From Thermodesulfobacteriota bacterium (GTDB lineage Bacteria > Desulfobacterota > BSN033 > UBA1163), in the NCBI GenBank assembly GCA_026415035.1, contig JAOAHX010000008.1:16270-80269 (forward strand): a stretch of DNA of 64,000 nucleotides. The letters run 5' to 3'. This document shows positions 18,105 to 26,806 of the stretch, one piece after another. Made by a program: the position numbers and the translations under genes. Each line of letters opens with the position of its first letter. Within the stretch, counting starts at the first letter, position 1. The notes beneath the pieces are model-generated. The model saw only the letters and a list, made by a program, of their open reading frames with translations. It was not told the origin of the DNA and ran no database searches.

Positions 18105-19847
18105 TCACCAGCTTCCCCCTCCGCCGCCGCCGAAGCCCCCTCCTGAAAAGCCCCCTCCCCCGAAGCCGCCCCCACCCCTTCCGCCGCTGCTTCCTCTGGG
18201 AGCGGAAAACATCGCGGCACCGAGACTCGAGGCCACCGCCTCCATGGAACGGGTAAAACCGACCGGGTGAAAGGTCCTTAATCCTCCTGGAGAGATATAC
18301 CAGGAGGGCGGCTCCTGATAAATCCCCTCAAAGGCCTCTGCCCAGTTGTCCGCGACATCGAGGGCGATGGCATAGGGTAAATATCTCGAGAAGAGGTCTT
18401 TATCTCCCATCCGCTCGAGCCGGTCTTTCTCTGCGCGATTCATAAACTCCTGAAATCCCAAAATCGCCATATAGGCCAGGGCACCGGCTTTGGTTTTGGC
18501 CGGCATATGCCGGCCAAAGAAAAGGACGGGAAGCCCGGTCAGCCCCGCTGTCACAAACCCCTTCCACATCGAGGCGGGAGAGAGGAACGCCAGGACAAAG
18601 CCTCCGAAGACGATGATGAGAAATCCCACGAGAAAATAGAGGGTTCGGACTTTCTCGGGATTGACGAGAAAATATCTATTTTTGACGAGCTCCCCATAGA
18701 GGGTCTTCTTCAGGGAGGGTAATTCCTTGTAAAATTGATTCTTCAAACTGGATACGGAGAGGCGGGGGGAGGCCGAGGAGAAGAGGCGTTTCATCAGTTC
18801 TGACTCAAAAGAACTAAGTCCGCTATCAGGCTCTTTGATTTTATTGAGATAGAAATCCGATCGGTCAAAGATCAACCCTTCCTTCTTCACCTCTTCGATC
18901 TGGATGTAACCCTTGACCGCAAGTCCAACGATCGTCGAGGTGATGTCCCTCGGATCCAGTTTTTCATCGAGCAGGGTTCCTGCCTCTGCCGGAGTGAGAA
19001 AACGGCTCCCCACTTTTGGGGGTTCGTAGGCAACAGTAACAGCCTCTCTCACTCTCGGGTCTCTCCCCTTCCTGTACCAGCGATTGAACATAAAGAGAAA
19101 GGAGACCATGGGAAGGAAAAAGACCCAATTCTCCTGAAGGTTGATCCTCCATAAAAATTTCTTCCAGGAAGGAGGAGGGGAGACGAGCCCTTTATCCCAT
19201 CCAAAGGCAACCGTCAGGCCCTCTCCGGGTGCCAGGCTCTTGCGGGCAATAAATTTCCCCCGATGATCGTTCGCTTCAACGTCACACTCCGAGGCTTTGG
19301 AGCCGTAAGTTCCCGTGAATCCGGCCGCCCATACATTCTTGCTCTCCTCCTTTGTCGCAAGAAAGACCTCTGCAGAGGCCTTGAGGATATCGGCCTTCCA
19401 GGCATTCCCGGTCACGTTCCAGTAAAGCTCATCGTGATCATCGAGAAAGAGGACGGCATTCTCCACCTGGTAGGTGATCACGTAGGTCTGGTCTCCGGAG
19501 ACAAACCGCTTGGGATCACCGATCCGGATATGAATGACCGAACCCGATTTTTTGACCTGATACTTCCAGGGATTTCCGGATCCATCTTTCACGGACAGGA
19601 CGGTCGTCGGTGTGGTGATCGTCCGGCCGAACTCATCCTTATATTTGAAGGGGATCTCCCGGTAAATCCCATGCCTGGGTTGGTGGAACTTCACCTCGAT
19701 CGTCTCACGGACAATAAAAGAGGAGTCTTTCCGAATGGAGATATCGGCGTGGAACCGGGTGATGGTGAAGTGCTGGGCGAAGAGGGGAGTATGAAATAGG
19801 GTGAGCTCGCAGATGAGAAGGATGAAAAGGAATTGATGAAACGCCAT
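18105..19847 (-). CDS. DUF2207 family membrane protein
   Basis: GIYREIP, LYWNVTG, LPYAIAL, Gly-rich tail ending GGGGSW; downstream of lemA. Confidence 0.88.
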   Translation of the reverse strand: MAFHQFLFILLICELTLFHTPLFAQHFTITRFHADISIRKDSSFIVRETIEVKFHQPRHGIYREIPFKYKDEFGRTITTPTTVLSVKDGSGNPWKYQVKKSGSVIHIRIGDPKRFVSGDQTYVITYQVENAVLFLDDHDELYWNVTGNAWKADILKASAEVFLATKEESKNVWAAGFTGTYGSKASECDVEANDHRGKFIARKSLAPGEGLTVAFGWDKGLVSPPPSWKKFLWRINLQENWVFFLPMVSFLFMFNRWYRKGRDPRVREAVTVAYEPPKVGSRFLTPAEAGTLLDEKLDPRDITSTIVGLAVKGYIQIEEVKKEGLIFDRSDFYLNKIKEPDSGLSSFESELMKRLFSSASPRLSVSSLKNQFYKELPSLKKTLYGELVKNRYFLVNPEKVRTLYFLVGFLIIVFGGFVLAFLSPASMWKGFVTAGLTGLPVLFFGRHMPAKTKAGALAYMAILGFQEFMNRAEKDRLERMGDKDLFSRYLPYAIALDVADNWAEAFEGIYQEPPSWYISPGGLRTFHPVGFTRSMEAVASSLGAAMFSAPRGSSGGRGGGGFGGGGFSGGGFGGGGGGSW

Positions 19848-19926
19848 CTTTCCTCCTCGGCCTCGACCGGACCTTCGGGAAGGGGAAGAGGGTGGTTCTT
19901 CCTTCCCCCAATGGAGCTTAATCGGC

Positions 19927-20487
19927 TCAGGAAAAGCTCACCTTCACCGGCCTTCTTTCCACCTCGGGGGTCTCAAGCTGAAACAATTCGGCCTGTCTGA
20001 AACCGAAGAGGGAGGCGATGAGATTTGAGGGAACCGATTCGATGAGGGTGTTATAATCCCGAACGACCGCATTATAATATCGCCTGGCATATTCGATGTT
20101 ATTCTCCAATTCCTGCAACTGGGTCTGGAGCTGCATGAAGTTGGCATTGGCTTTGAGTTCAGGATAAGCCTCCGCAACGGCAAACAGGCTCTTGAGCGTA
20201 TCCCTGATCATGTTCTCGGCCTTGGCCATCTCCGCAGGAGAGTTTGCCTGCATGGCCATGGTCCTCGCCTGGGTCACCTTCTCGAAGACGGCTTTTTCAT
20301 GTGCAGCATATCCCTTTACGGTCTCCACCAGATTGGGGACGAGGTCGAATCGTTTCTTGCACTGGACATCGATGTCCGACCACGAAGACTTGACCGTATT
20401 CCTGAGTCGAACGAGTTTGTTGTAGATGAAGATGACAACGGCAGCGATCACGATCGCGAGGACGAGGAGAACGATGGTCAGGGCCAT
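19927..20487 (-). CDS. lemA: LemA family protein
   Basis: YNKLV, WSDIDVQ, LVPNLVETVKGY, AEAYPELKAN, RRYYN. Confidence 0.93.
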   Translation of the reverse strand: MALTIVLLVLAIVIAAVVIFIYNKLVRLRNTVKSSWSDIDVQCKKRFDLVPNLVETVKGYAAHEKAVFEKVTQARTMAMQANSPAEMAKAENMIRDTLKSLFAVAEAYPELKANANFMQLQTQLQELENNIEYARRYYNAVVRDYNTLIESVPSNLIASLFGFRQAELFQLETPEVERRPVKVSFS

Positions 20488-20622
20488 GGATTCCTCCTAC
20501 CGGGAAATTTTACTGTAGGGTACAGAATTAAAAGAATTTTTTCAAGCGCCGACCCCAGATCCCCTAAGGCCAGGGCATCCAATTGACAAAAAAATTGGCT
20601 CCTTCTACATTTAATTTTGAGG

Positions 20623-21762
20623 ATGGTGGGAGTCAGTCGAAGAGAGTTTCTCAAGAAGGCTGGCGAAGGGTTTCTGAGGCAGGCCCTCCTTCCCGGCTTT
20701 CTCATCACCCTGTTTAAAGCCTCTCGGGCTTGTGGGGAAAAAAGGGCGGAGATCCTTCGGGAGGCTCTACACTACCAGAAGCTCCCCCAGGGTCGGGTGC
20801 GATGCCATCTCTGCTTTAGGGGATGTGAAATCTTTCCCGGAAGAAGGGGATTTTGTCGAAACCGGGAGAATTGGAACGGCACGCTTTACAGCATCGCCTA
20901 TGGAAAGGCAGCGGCCCTCCAGATCGACCCCATCGAAAAAGAACCCTCTTTCCACATGATCCCTGGCACCCAGATCTTTTGCACGGCCACGGCAAGCTGC
21001 AATTTTCGCTGTAAATTCTGTCATAACTGGCACCTCTCCCAGAAGGGCGTGGAGGAGGTCCCTTATGTCACGGTGAGGCCCGAAGAGATCGTAAGAAAGG
21101 CCATCGAATATCGTTGTGAAACGGTCTCCTTTACCTACTCGGAGCCCACGGTCTTCTATGAGTACATGCTCGACATCGTGAGGATCGCAAAGGAGAAGGG
21201 GCTCAAGACCCTCTACCATACGAACGGCTCCATCCGGAAAGAGCCCCTTCTTGCCCTGCTCCCATATATGGATGCCGTCACCGTCGATCTGAAAGCCTTC
21301 ACCGAAAGGTTCTATTCGGACATCTCCTCCTCCGAACTCGAGCCCGTCCTTCAGACCCTGAAGACCATCCGATCCTACGGCCGACATCTCGAGATCGTCA
21401 ACCTCCTCATTCCCACCTTGAATGACGATCCCGCCGATATCCAGAGGATGTGTCATTGGATCAGAAACCACCTCGGCAAAGAGATCCCCCTTCACCTCAA
21501 TCGGTTCTTCCCGAATTATAAACTGACCCACCTCCCACCGACCCCCATCGAGACCCTTGAACGGGCCCATCGGATCGCTAAAGAAGCGGGACTGGAATAC
21601 GTCTACATCGGAAATGTCCCTGGCCACGAGAAGAATTCCACCTTCTGCCCGCGATGTCAGAAAAAGATTATCCACCGAACCCACTTTTCGGTGACCGCCA
21701 TCGAGATCAGAAACGGGAAGTGCCGGTTCTGCGGCTATCCCATCGCAGGGATTTGGGCTTAG
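20623..21762 (+). CDS. amrS: AmmeMemoRadiSam-system radical SAM enzyme with twin-arginine-like N-terminus
   Basis: CHLCFRGC..G.RGFC, IDPIEKEP, CNFRCKFC, TYSEP, YVYIGNV, C-terminal CPRC..CRFC; N-terminal SRREFLK. Confidence 0.85.
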   Translation: MVGVSRREFLKKAGEGFLRQALLPGFLITLFKASRACGEKRAEILREALHYQKLPQGRVRCHLCFRGCEIFPGRRGFCRNRENWNGTLYSIAYGKAAALQIDPIEKEPSFHMIPGTQIFCTATASCNFRCKFCHNWHLSQKGVEEVPYVTVRPEEIVRKAIEYRCETVSFTYSEPTVFYEYMLDIVRIAKEKGLKTLYHTNGSIRKEPLLALLPYMDAVTVDLKAFTERFYSDISSSELEPVLQTLKTIRSYGRHLEIVNLLIPTLNDDPADIQRMCHWIRNHLGKEIPLHLNRFFPNYKLTHLPPTPIETLERAHRIAKEAGLEYVYIGNVPGHEKNSTFCPRCQKKIIHRTHFSVTAIEIRNGKCRFCGYPIAGIWA

Positions 21763-21877
21763 CGATTCCCGTGGGCCTCGATCCCTTCGGCCTTAGGCCG
21801 GTATCGAGGCCGGCTCAACTTTTAGCATGCCCTTAAAGGAAGAACCTCAATCCTTAAAAAGCATGTTAAGGCATTAA

Positions 21878-22116
21878 GGCTCTTCCGGGTTTTTAATGGG
21901 TCCCATCCCATTATATTCCATTATATTAAGGAAAGGAGGGGAGGGGTTATGGGTTGGTCAGGTTTAGCCTAAATCCATTCATCTGTATTCCGGATCCATC
22001 CGAGTGAATTTTATAACCTCCCTCCCCCTTAACCCCCGTTATCCCCCTAAGCTAAGAGGGGGATTTAAAGGGACGTCAGGAAGGAGGTAATTTCCCACAC
22101 GAATTCCCGAAGAACC
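21878..22116. mobile_element. Putative non-autonomous MITE-like element
   Basis: Degenerate terminal inverted repeats GGCTCTTCCGG / CCCGAAGAACC, each flanked by TAA (21875-21877, 22117-22119); internal inverted repeats; no ORF. Confidence 0.5.
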
Positions 22117-22194
22117 TAAATGAAGAGTGATTTGCCGATGGTCAGATTCCCATTCCGGTTAAAACATCGAAACAGAGGGGGAGGACGGAAGGGT

Positions 22195-23142
22195 TCAGAC
22201 GTGGTTTCGGAGTTGGAGCTCGAGGGGATGGGGGTGGAGATAGACCTGCTCTTTCAGATAGGGTTGGTCGTATTTTCGGACATAGTGTTGAATGAGGGTG
22301 ATGGGGACGATCAAGGGAAGAATCCCTCTTCGATACTGATCGATAACCTCGAGGAGTTCCTGTTTTTCGTCGGGAGAGAGGTTTTCTCTGAAATAACCCA
22401 TCATGTGCATCAAGACGTTGGCGTGTTTCTTTGGGGTGGTTTGGAGTCGAAGGGCTTCCATGAGGAGGGCCTGGTATTTCCGGTAGAGCTCTTTGATGGG
22501 AAACTCTTTGGCCTTCGCCACCAGCGTTCCAAGGACCTGGTAATGCTTGGGACTGTGGGAGAGGATGAGGAGCTTGTGCTGGGTGTGGAATTGGACGAGG
22601 GGACCGCGGCTCTCCTTACGGGCCAGCATCTCCCTCCACCGCTTCAGGGTGAAGACCCTCTCGATGAAGTTTTCCCGGAGCTTCGGATCGTGGAGCCTGC
22701 CTTCCTCTTCGACCGGTAAAAGAGGAAAATGCTCCATAAAGATCCTCGCGAACACGCCCACGCCCCTTTTTACCGGTATTCCTTTATCGTTATAGACCTT
22801 TACCCGTTCCATCCCGCTGCTGGGCGAGTCGCTTTTGAAGATGAAACCGCAGAGGTCCTCTTTTTCCAACTCGGCGACCCGTCTTCGGGCCCATCGAACC
22901 ATCTGGTCGGTGAGGTCCCTTTTCGTTTGGATCGTCAACAACCGGGGGGAGTCCGGCGGACCCACGAGATGCATCGCCTCCCTCGGGATCGGAAGGCCGC
23001 ACTCCACCTCCGGGCAGACGGGGACGTACTCCACATATCGGCCCAAGGTGTCGCGAAGAAACCGGTCCAATTTGTGTCCGCCATCATAGCGGACGTTCTG
23101 ACCGAGCAGACAGGCGCTGATCCCCAGTTTGATTTTTTCCAT
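22195..23142 (-). CDS. DUF523-DUF1722 (YbgA-family, thiouracil desulfidase-like) protein
   Basis: ISACLLG..VRYDGGH, VCPE, SPSSG, EEGRL, FHTQHK, HANVLMHMMGYF, YLKEQVYL.P.P.EL. Confidence 0.88.
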   Translation of the reverse strand: MEKIKLGISACLLGQNVRYDGGHKLDRFLRDTLGRYVEYVPVCPEVECGLPIPREAMHLVGPPDSPRLLTIQTKRDLTDQMVRWARRRVAELEKEDLCGFIFKSDSPSSGMERVKVYNDKGIPVKRGVGVFARIFMEHFPLLPVEEEGRLHDPKLRENFIERVFTLKRWREMLARKESRGPLVQFHTQHKLLILSHSPKHYQVLGTLVAKAKEFPIKELYRKYQALLMEALRLQTTPKKHANVLMHMMGYFRENLSPDEKQELLEVIDQYRRGILPLIVPITLIQHYVRKYDQPYLKEQVYLHPHPLELQLRNHV

Positions 23143-24238
23143 CGAACCTCCCCGGCTCCCTCCTCCCCCCCTGTTTTAACGCCTCCTGGTAGATCTGAAC
23201 CAGACCCCTTGCTTCCTCTTCGGGGGTCGGCATTTTGGCTGCCTGTTCTCTCCCGTTGTCGCCGAGGGCCCGACGAAGTTCCTCCTCATCGATGAGACGA
23301 AGGGCCTGCTGGACGAAGTGTTCTGGCGATTCGGGATCGAAGAGAAGTCCCGCGGGAGCCCCTTCTCCCCCTCCACGAACCGGCCATCGGTTCCCCGGAA
23401 TATCGGATGCCAGGATGGGCTTTCCCGCTGCTTTGGCCTCAAGGAGGGCGTTGGAGAGGCCTTCGGAGGAAGAGGCATTGAGAACGATATCCGCTCCGGT
23501 GTAGGCCGAACGCATCGCCTGAAAGGGGATGAGGAAGAGCCATCGAGCAAAGAAAAAGAGGAGGTTCACCTCGGCCTTGAATCTTTCTCCATAGGCCTTA
23601 TCGATGACCGGGCCGCTGAAGACCGCCCGGATCTTCGGCCTCAAACGATGGACCTTTTCGAGAAGTAGCAGGGCTTTCAGATTTCCCTTCACCGGACGGA
23701 TTCCCGCGGGATAAAAGAAGAGGATATCCTCCGGGCCGCAGTGGGCCACCTCCCGAAGGTCGAAGGCTTCGTCTCCCATCCAGCAGAAGGATTTGGGAAG
23801 GAAGGCGACCTTCCCCCGAACGTCCGGATAGGAATGCCCTATCTGTTGGATCATCTCTTCGCTCTGGGCGATAATCGCCTTTGCTCCCTCGAAGATCCTC
23901 GTGATGATGGGCCGACGATCCCTCTGGTAGGTATCGAGAGAAAGGTCGGTCCCCCCCGGGGAGACCACCAAGGTCCACGGAGGGCCGGCCAACGCCTGAG
24001 GTAGGGCCAGAAATAAGGATCCCGTCCGGTAGGCATGGTGGAGGTGAACGATCTCGGGTTTGAAGTCGATTAGCCTCCGTTCCAACTCGATAGGGCTGAG
24101 ACCCTCGGTTGCCACTACCAAGACCTCTTGGCCTTCTCGGGAGAGAAAACGTCTCCACCTCTCGGTGGTAGAGGCGTTTCCGGTCGGGGTGGGATAGGCG
24201 GTGGGTGTGAGAATTAGAATTCGGAGAGAGGGACTCAA
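23084..24238 (-). CDS. GT4-family glycosyltransferase, SenB/GLT1D1-like
   Basis: TGNASTTERW, HAYR, GGTD, RPVKG, SEGLSNALLEA, ASDIPGN; TTG start overlaps upstream stop (TTGA). Confidence 0.8.
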   Translation of the reverse strand: MSPSLRILILTPTAYPTPTGNASTTERWRRFLSREGQEVLVVATEGLSPIELERRLIDFKPEIVHLHHAYRTGSLFLALPQALAGPPWTLVVSPGGTDLSLDTYQRDRRPIITRIFEGAKAIIAQSEEMIQQIGHSYPDVRGKVAFLPKSFCWMGDEAFDLREVAHCGPEDILFFYPAGIRPVKGNLKALLLLEKVHRLRPKIRAVFSGPVIDKAYGERFKAEVNLLFFFARWLFLIPFQAMRSAYTGADIVLNASSSEGLSNALLEAKAAGKPILASDIPGNRWPVRGGGEGAPAGLLFDPESPEHFVQQALRLIDEEELRRALGDNGREQAAKMPTPEEEARGLVQIYQEALKQGGRREPGRFDGKNQTGDQRLSARSERPL

Positions 24239-25104
24239 CTCAGGATCTCCGGAAAGGGGGTCAAGAAGATCTCCTTTCTTTTTAGGATAAGACGCAAATG
24301 GCCATCAAGCAATATCTTAAGTTCTTCTTCCCTGTCCTGGGTCGAAAACCCCGAGAAAGGGGTCTGCGGAGGGTCCTTTATCCTCCGTCCGGGATGGACC
24401 ATCCACTCGGTCAGACCATCGGGGAGAGTCTCGAGAAAGGATTCCACCCTCTGAAGGGAAGGGCGGTTTTTTAGATAGAGACCGTAAAAATGATCCGGCA
24501 CATGGAGTCCCGAGGCCAAGATGAAGGGCCGAGCGGCCTGGCCCAACTGGCTGAAGAATCTGGCCTCTTCCAGGGCAGAGGGAGATAAAGGGTCCTCCCC
24601 AAAATCCGAGATAGGTTCCTCTGGGATTCTGACCCAAGGGATCTCGTGCTTCAGGGCAGCCCTGATCATGGCCTTTAAAACGGCCGGAAATACATGAATA
24701 TGCTGATGGCCGTCGATGTGAGAAAGGGAAAGCCCCGATGTTTTGAGGAGGGTGATCTGGGCATCGATTTCACGACCGATCTCATCCTCAAGGAGGGGGT
24801 CGCCTTGGGTCATCAAAAGGCGTTGCGAGGCTGGTTTCCCCAGAAACGTCCCCTCGGGGCAGAGAAGCGGTGACGGCTTGGTCGATACGGGCCTTCCTTC
24901 TGAAAGATTGAGGTGAATTCCCCAAGAGATACGCCCAAAGGCGCTGGAACGAATCCTTTCAATGGCATCCCGAAGCCCTGGGCCATTCGGAAGGATGCTC
25001 ACGCTGGTCACCATGCCCGCCTGGATGGCTTCAAAGATTCCCGCGTTTCTCCCCTCATCGGCTCCGAGGTCATCCGCGTTGATGATGAGCCTTTTGGCGG
25101 TCAT
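24235..25104 (-). CDS. YdjC/ChbG/HpnK-family deacetylase
   Basis: LIINADDLG, GIHLNLSEG, HIDGHQHIH, EWMVHPG, REEEL; ATG 25104 overlaps upstream stop (ATGA). Confidence 0.9.
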   Translation of the reverse strand: MTAKRLIINADDLGADEGRNAGIFEAIQAGMVTSVSILPNGPGLRDAIERIRSSAFGRISWGIHLNLSEGRPVSTKPSPLLCPEGTFLGKPASQRLLMTQGDPLLEDEIGREIDAQITLLKTSGLSLSHIDGHQHIHVFPAVLKAMIRAALKHEIPWVRIPEEPISDFGEDPLSPSALEEARFFSQLGQAARPFILASGLHVPDHFYGLYLKNRPSLQRVESFLETLPDGLTEWMVHPGRRIKDPPQTPFSGFSTQDREEELKILLDGHLRLILKRKEIFLTPFPEILS

Positions 25105-26783
25105 CGGAGACCTCTGGCCCGAATAAAGAGATTGCGAAAGAACCATCTGCCATTCGAATCCTGTTCGAATTGAGATAATCCGGAGGATCTCAACTGAAGA
25201 AGGTGATTGAAGAGGCCGGCCTCCATGGCCTCGTACTCCTCAGGGGTGAAGAATCTCTCGGTTTCATAAACGAGCCTGACCTCTTTAAACCGTTCCTCCA
25301 ATCGTTTCCATAATCCCTCGGGGTCTGCCAGAGAGATGGCAAGCATCCAGAGCCTTCCCCGCTCAGGATGGAGAAACCTTTGGACCTTTTCAAGGATCGC
25401 AAAAAGATGGTCTGTTCCGTGCAGCCCCCCGTAGCGCGGGCCGAAGGGCCGGGGCCCAGGAGTCTGGGGAGGTGTGGCGATGACCACGTCGAACCGATCG
25501 AGATTCTCCTTCAGCGGCTCAAACCAAGACCCTCCTTTGATCTGGATCCTGGCAGCCACCCCGTTGAGCTTGGCGTTGAGGGCCGTTGCCTCGAGGGCCT
25601 TGGGGTCAATATCGACCGCCACCACCTCTTTCGCACCGAGTTTGGCCGAAACGATGGAGAAAAGCCCGCTTCCGCACCCAAGGTCAAGGACCTTCTCATC
25701 CCTCCGAATGTCAAGGAACTTGGCCAGATCGATGCTCGAAGGGGGTGGGATATGGACGCCTTCAGGAAGATCGAGGAGGATGCGGCCAAAAGGGAGATCG
25801 AGGGTCATCTGACTCCTTTCTGGGCCACCCATATGGCCATACCGGTTCAGGCCGGAGGAGAGGAGGCGTCCGATAAGGGTCGGATAATCCAAACCCGACC
25901 ATCTGGCAGATCGGGCAAAGGCCTCGCCGATCTCGAGGCTCGGCGTGACATTGGCCTCGAGAAGATAAGGGGTCCCATCCTCCGTGAGCCGTAAATCAAA
26001 GCGAGCGTAGTCCTTCAAACCGAGGGCGTCGAAGGCTTTGCGTGCAAATGCCTCGATCCTCTCTCGAAGATTAAGCGGGAGGTCGGCAGGCCTCATGGAT
26101 TCTTCGGGTGGATCCACCTTTTTAAAGGTTTCGCTGAGCACCTCATTCCCGGTATGTTCCAGTCGCCATTCGAGGATCGTCAAGACCTCTAACCCCTTCG
26201 GACCAGCAATCACCGGTACGGCCAGTTCCCGCCCCTTAAGATAGGTTTCGACCAGAACAGGTTGGCCATACCGTTGGAGCAGGTCGGCTGCATGAAGGTG
26301 AAGCTCCTTTTCATTTCGGGCGAGCCTGAGGCCACGACTCATATGCTCGAAGGCGGGTTTGAGCACCAGAGGGGGTTCAAGCCACTGAGGAAGTTCGAAT
26401 TCTTTTGTGCGGACAAGGATCCCTGGAGGCGTCGGGATCCCCGCGGTGGAAAGCCGCGCTTTCGAAGCCATCTTGTCATCGGCAAGGAAACAGGCTTTGG
26501 CATCCGAGCCCACGATTCGGGCTCCTCGGGACTCGAGCAGGAGCCGGACGAGGGCCCGGAAGAATCCCCTGCCTTTGAACGTATCCGTATGATCGATGAT
26601 GAAGTCACATTGGCAGGCCAGATCGTCTGCCTGAAATTCGATCTCCTCGGAGTTGACGATGAGGGCGTCATGACCGAGAGCGGCAAGACCCTGGGCAATC
26701 GACTCCGCACAGCGGCAGACGGATTCGAGGGTTCGGACAATTCCTATGCGCATTCGGTCATCAGAGATCTTGAGAAGCCTCAC
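25101..26783 (-). CDS. Ddl-like ATP-grasp ligase fused to class I SAM methyltransferase
   Basis: DKMASK..L...GIPTP, PLVLKP, VLVETYL.GRE, YARFDLR, LEANVTP; then VLDLGCGSG, AVDID, TPPQ. Start is GTG 26783 (GGAGG upstream) or ATG 26753. Confidence 0.82.
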   Translation of the reverse strand: MRLLKISDDRMRIGIVRTLESVCRCAESIAQGLAALGHDALIVNSEEIEFQADDLACQCDFIIDHTDTFKGRGFFRALVRLLLESRGARIVGSDAKACFLADDKMASKARLSTAGIPTPPGILVRTKEFELPQWLEPPLVLKPAFEHMSRGLRLARNEKELHLHAADLLQRYGQPVLVETYLKGRELAVPVIAGPKGLEVLTILEWRLEHTGNEVLSETFKKVDPPEESMRPADLPLNLRERIEAFARKAFDALGLKDYARFDLRLTEDGTPYLLEANVTPSLEIGEAFARSARWSGLDYPTLIGRLLSSGLNRYGHMGGPERSQMTLDLPFGRILLDLPEGVHIPPPSSIDLAKFLDIRRDEKVLDLGCGSGLFSIVSAKLGAKEVVAVDIDPKALEATALNAKLNGVAARIQIKGGSWFEPLKENLDRFDVVIATPPQTPGPRPFGPRYGGLHGTDHLFAILEKVQRFLHPERGRLWMLAISLADPEGLWKRLEERFKEVRLVYETERFFTPEEYEAMEAGLFNHLLQLRSSGLSQFEQDSNGRWFFRNLFIRARGLR

Positions 26784-26790
26784 CGAGGCC
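26776..26790 (-). promoter_or_regulatory. Candidate bacterial SECIS hairpin
   Basis: GGCCUC-GGU-GAGGCU hairpin; G-first loop begins 23 nt after the UGA at 26809-26807. Confidence 0.45.
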
Positions 26791-26806
26791 GATCCTCCTC
26801 GGTCTG

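Noticed and set aside
18105..18200. GGC/GGG-rich repeat
   Set aside because: Encodes the normal Gly-rich tail of DUF2207 proteins.
25101..26783. Calling this gene ddl or prmA
   Set aside because: Lacks Ddl N-terminal substrate motifs and the PrmA N-domain; the fusion and context argue for another role.
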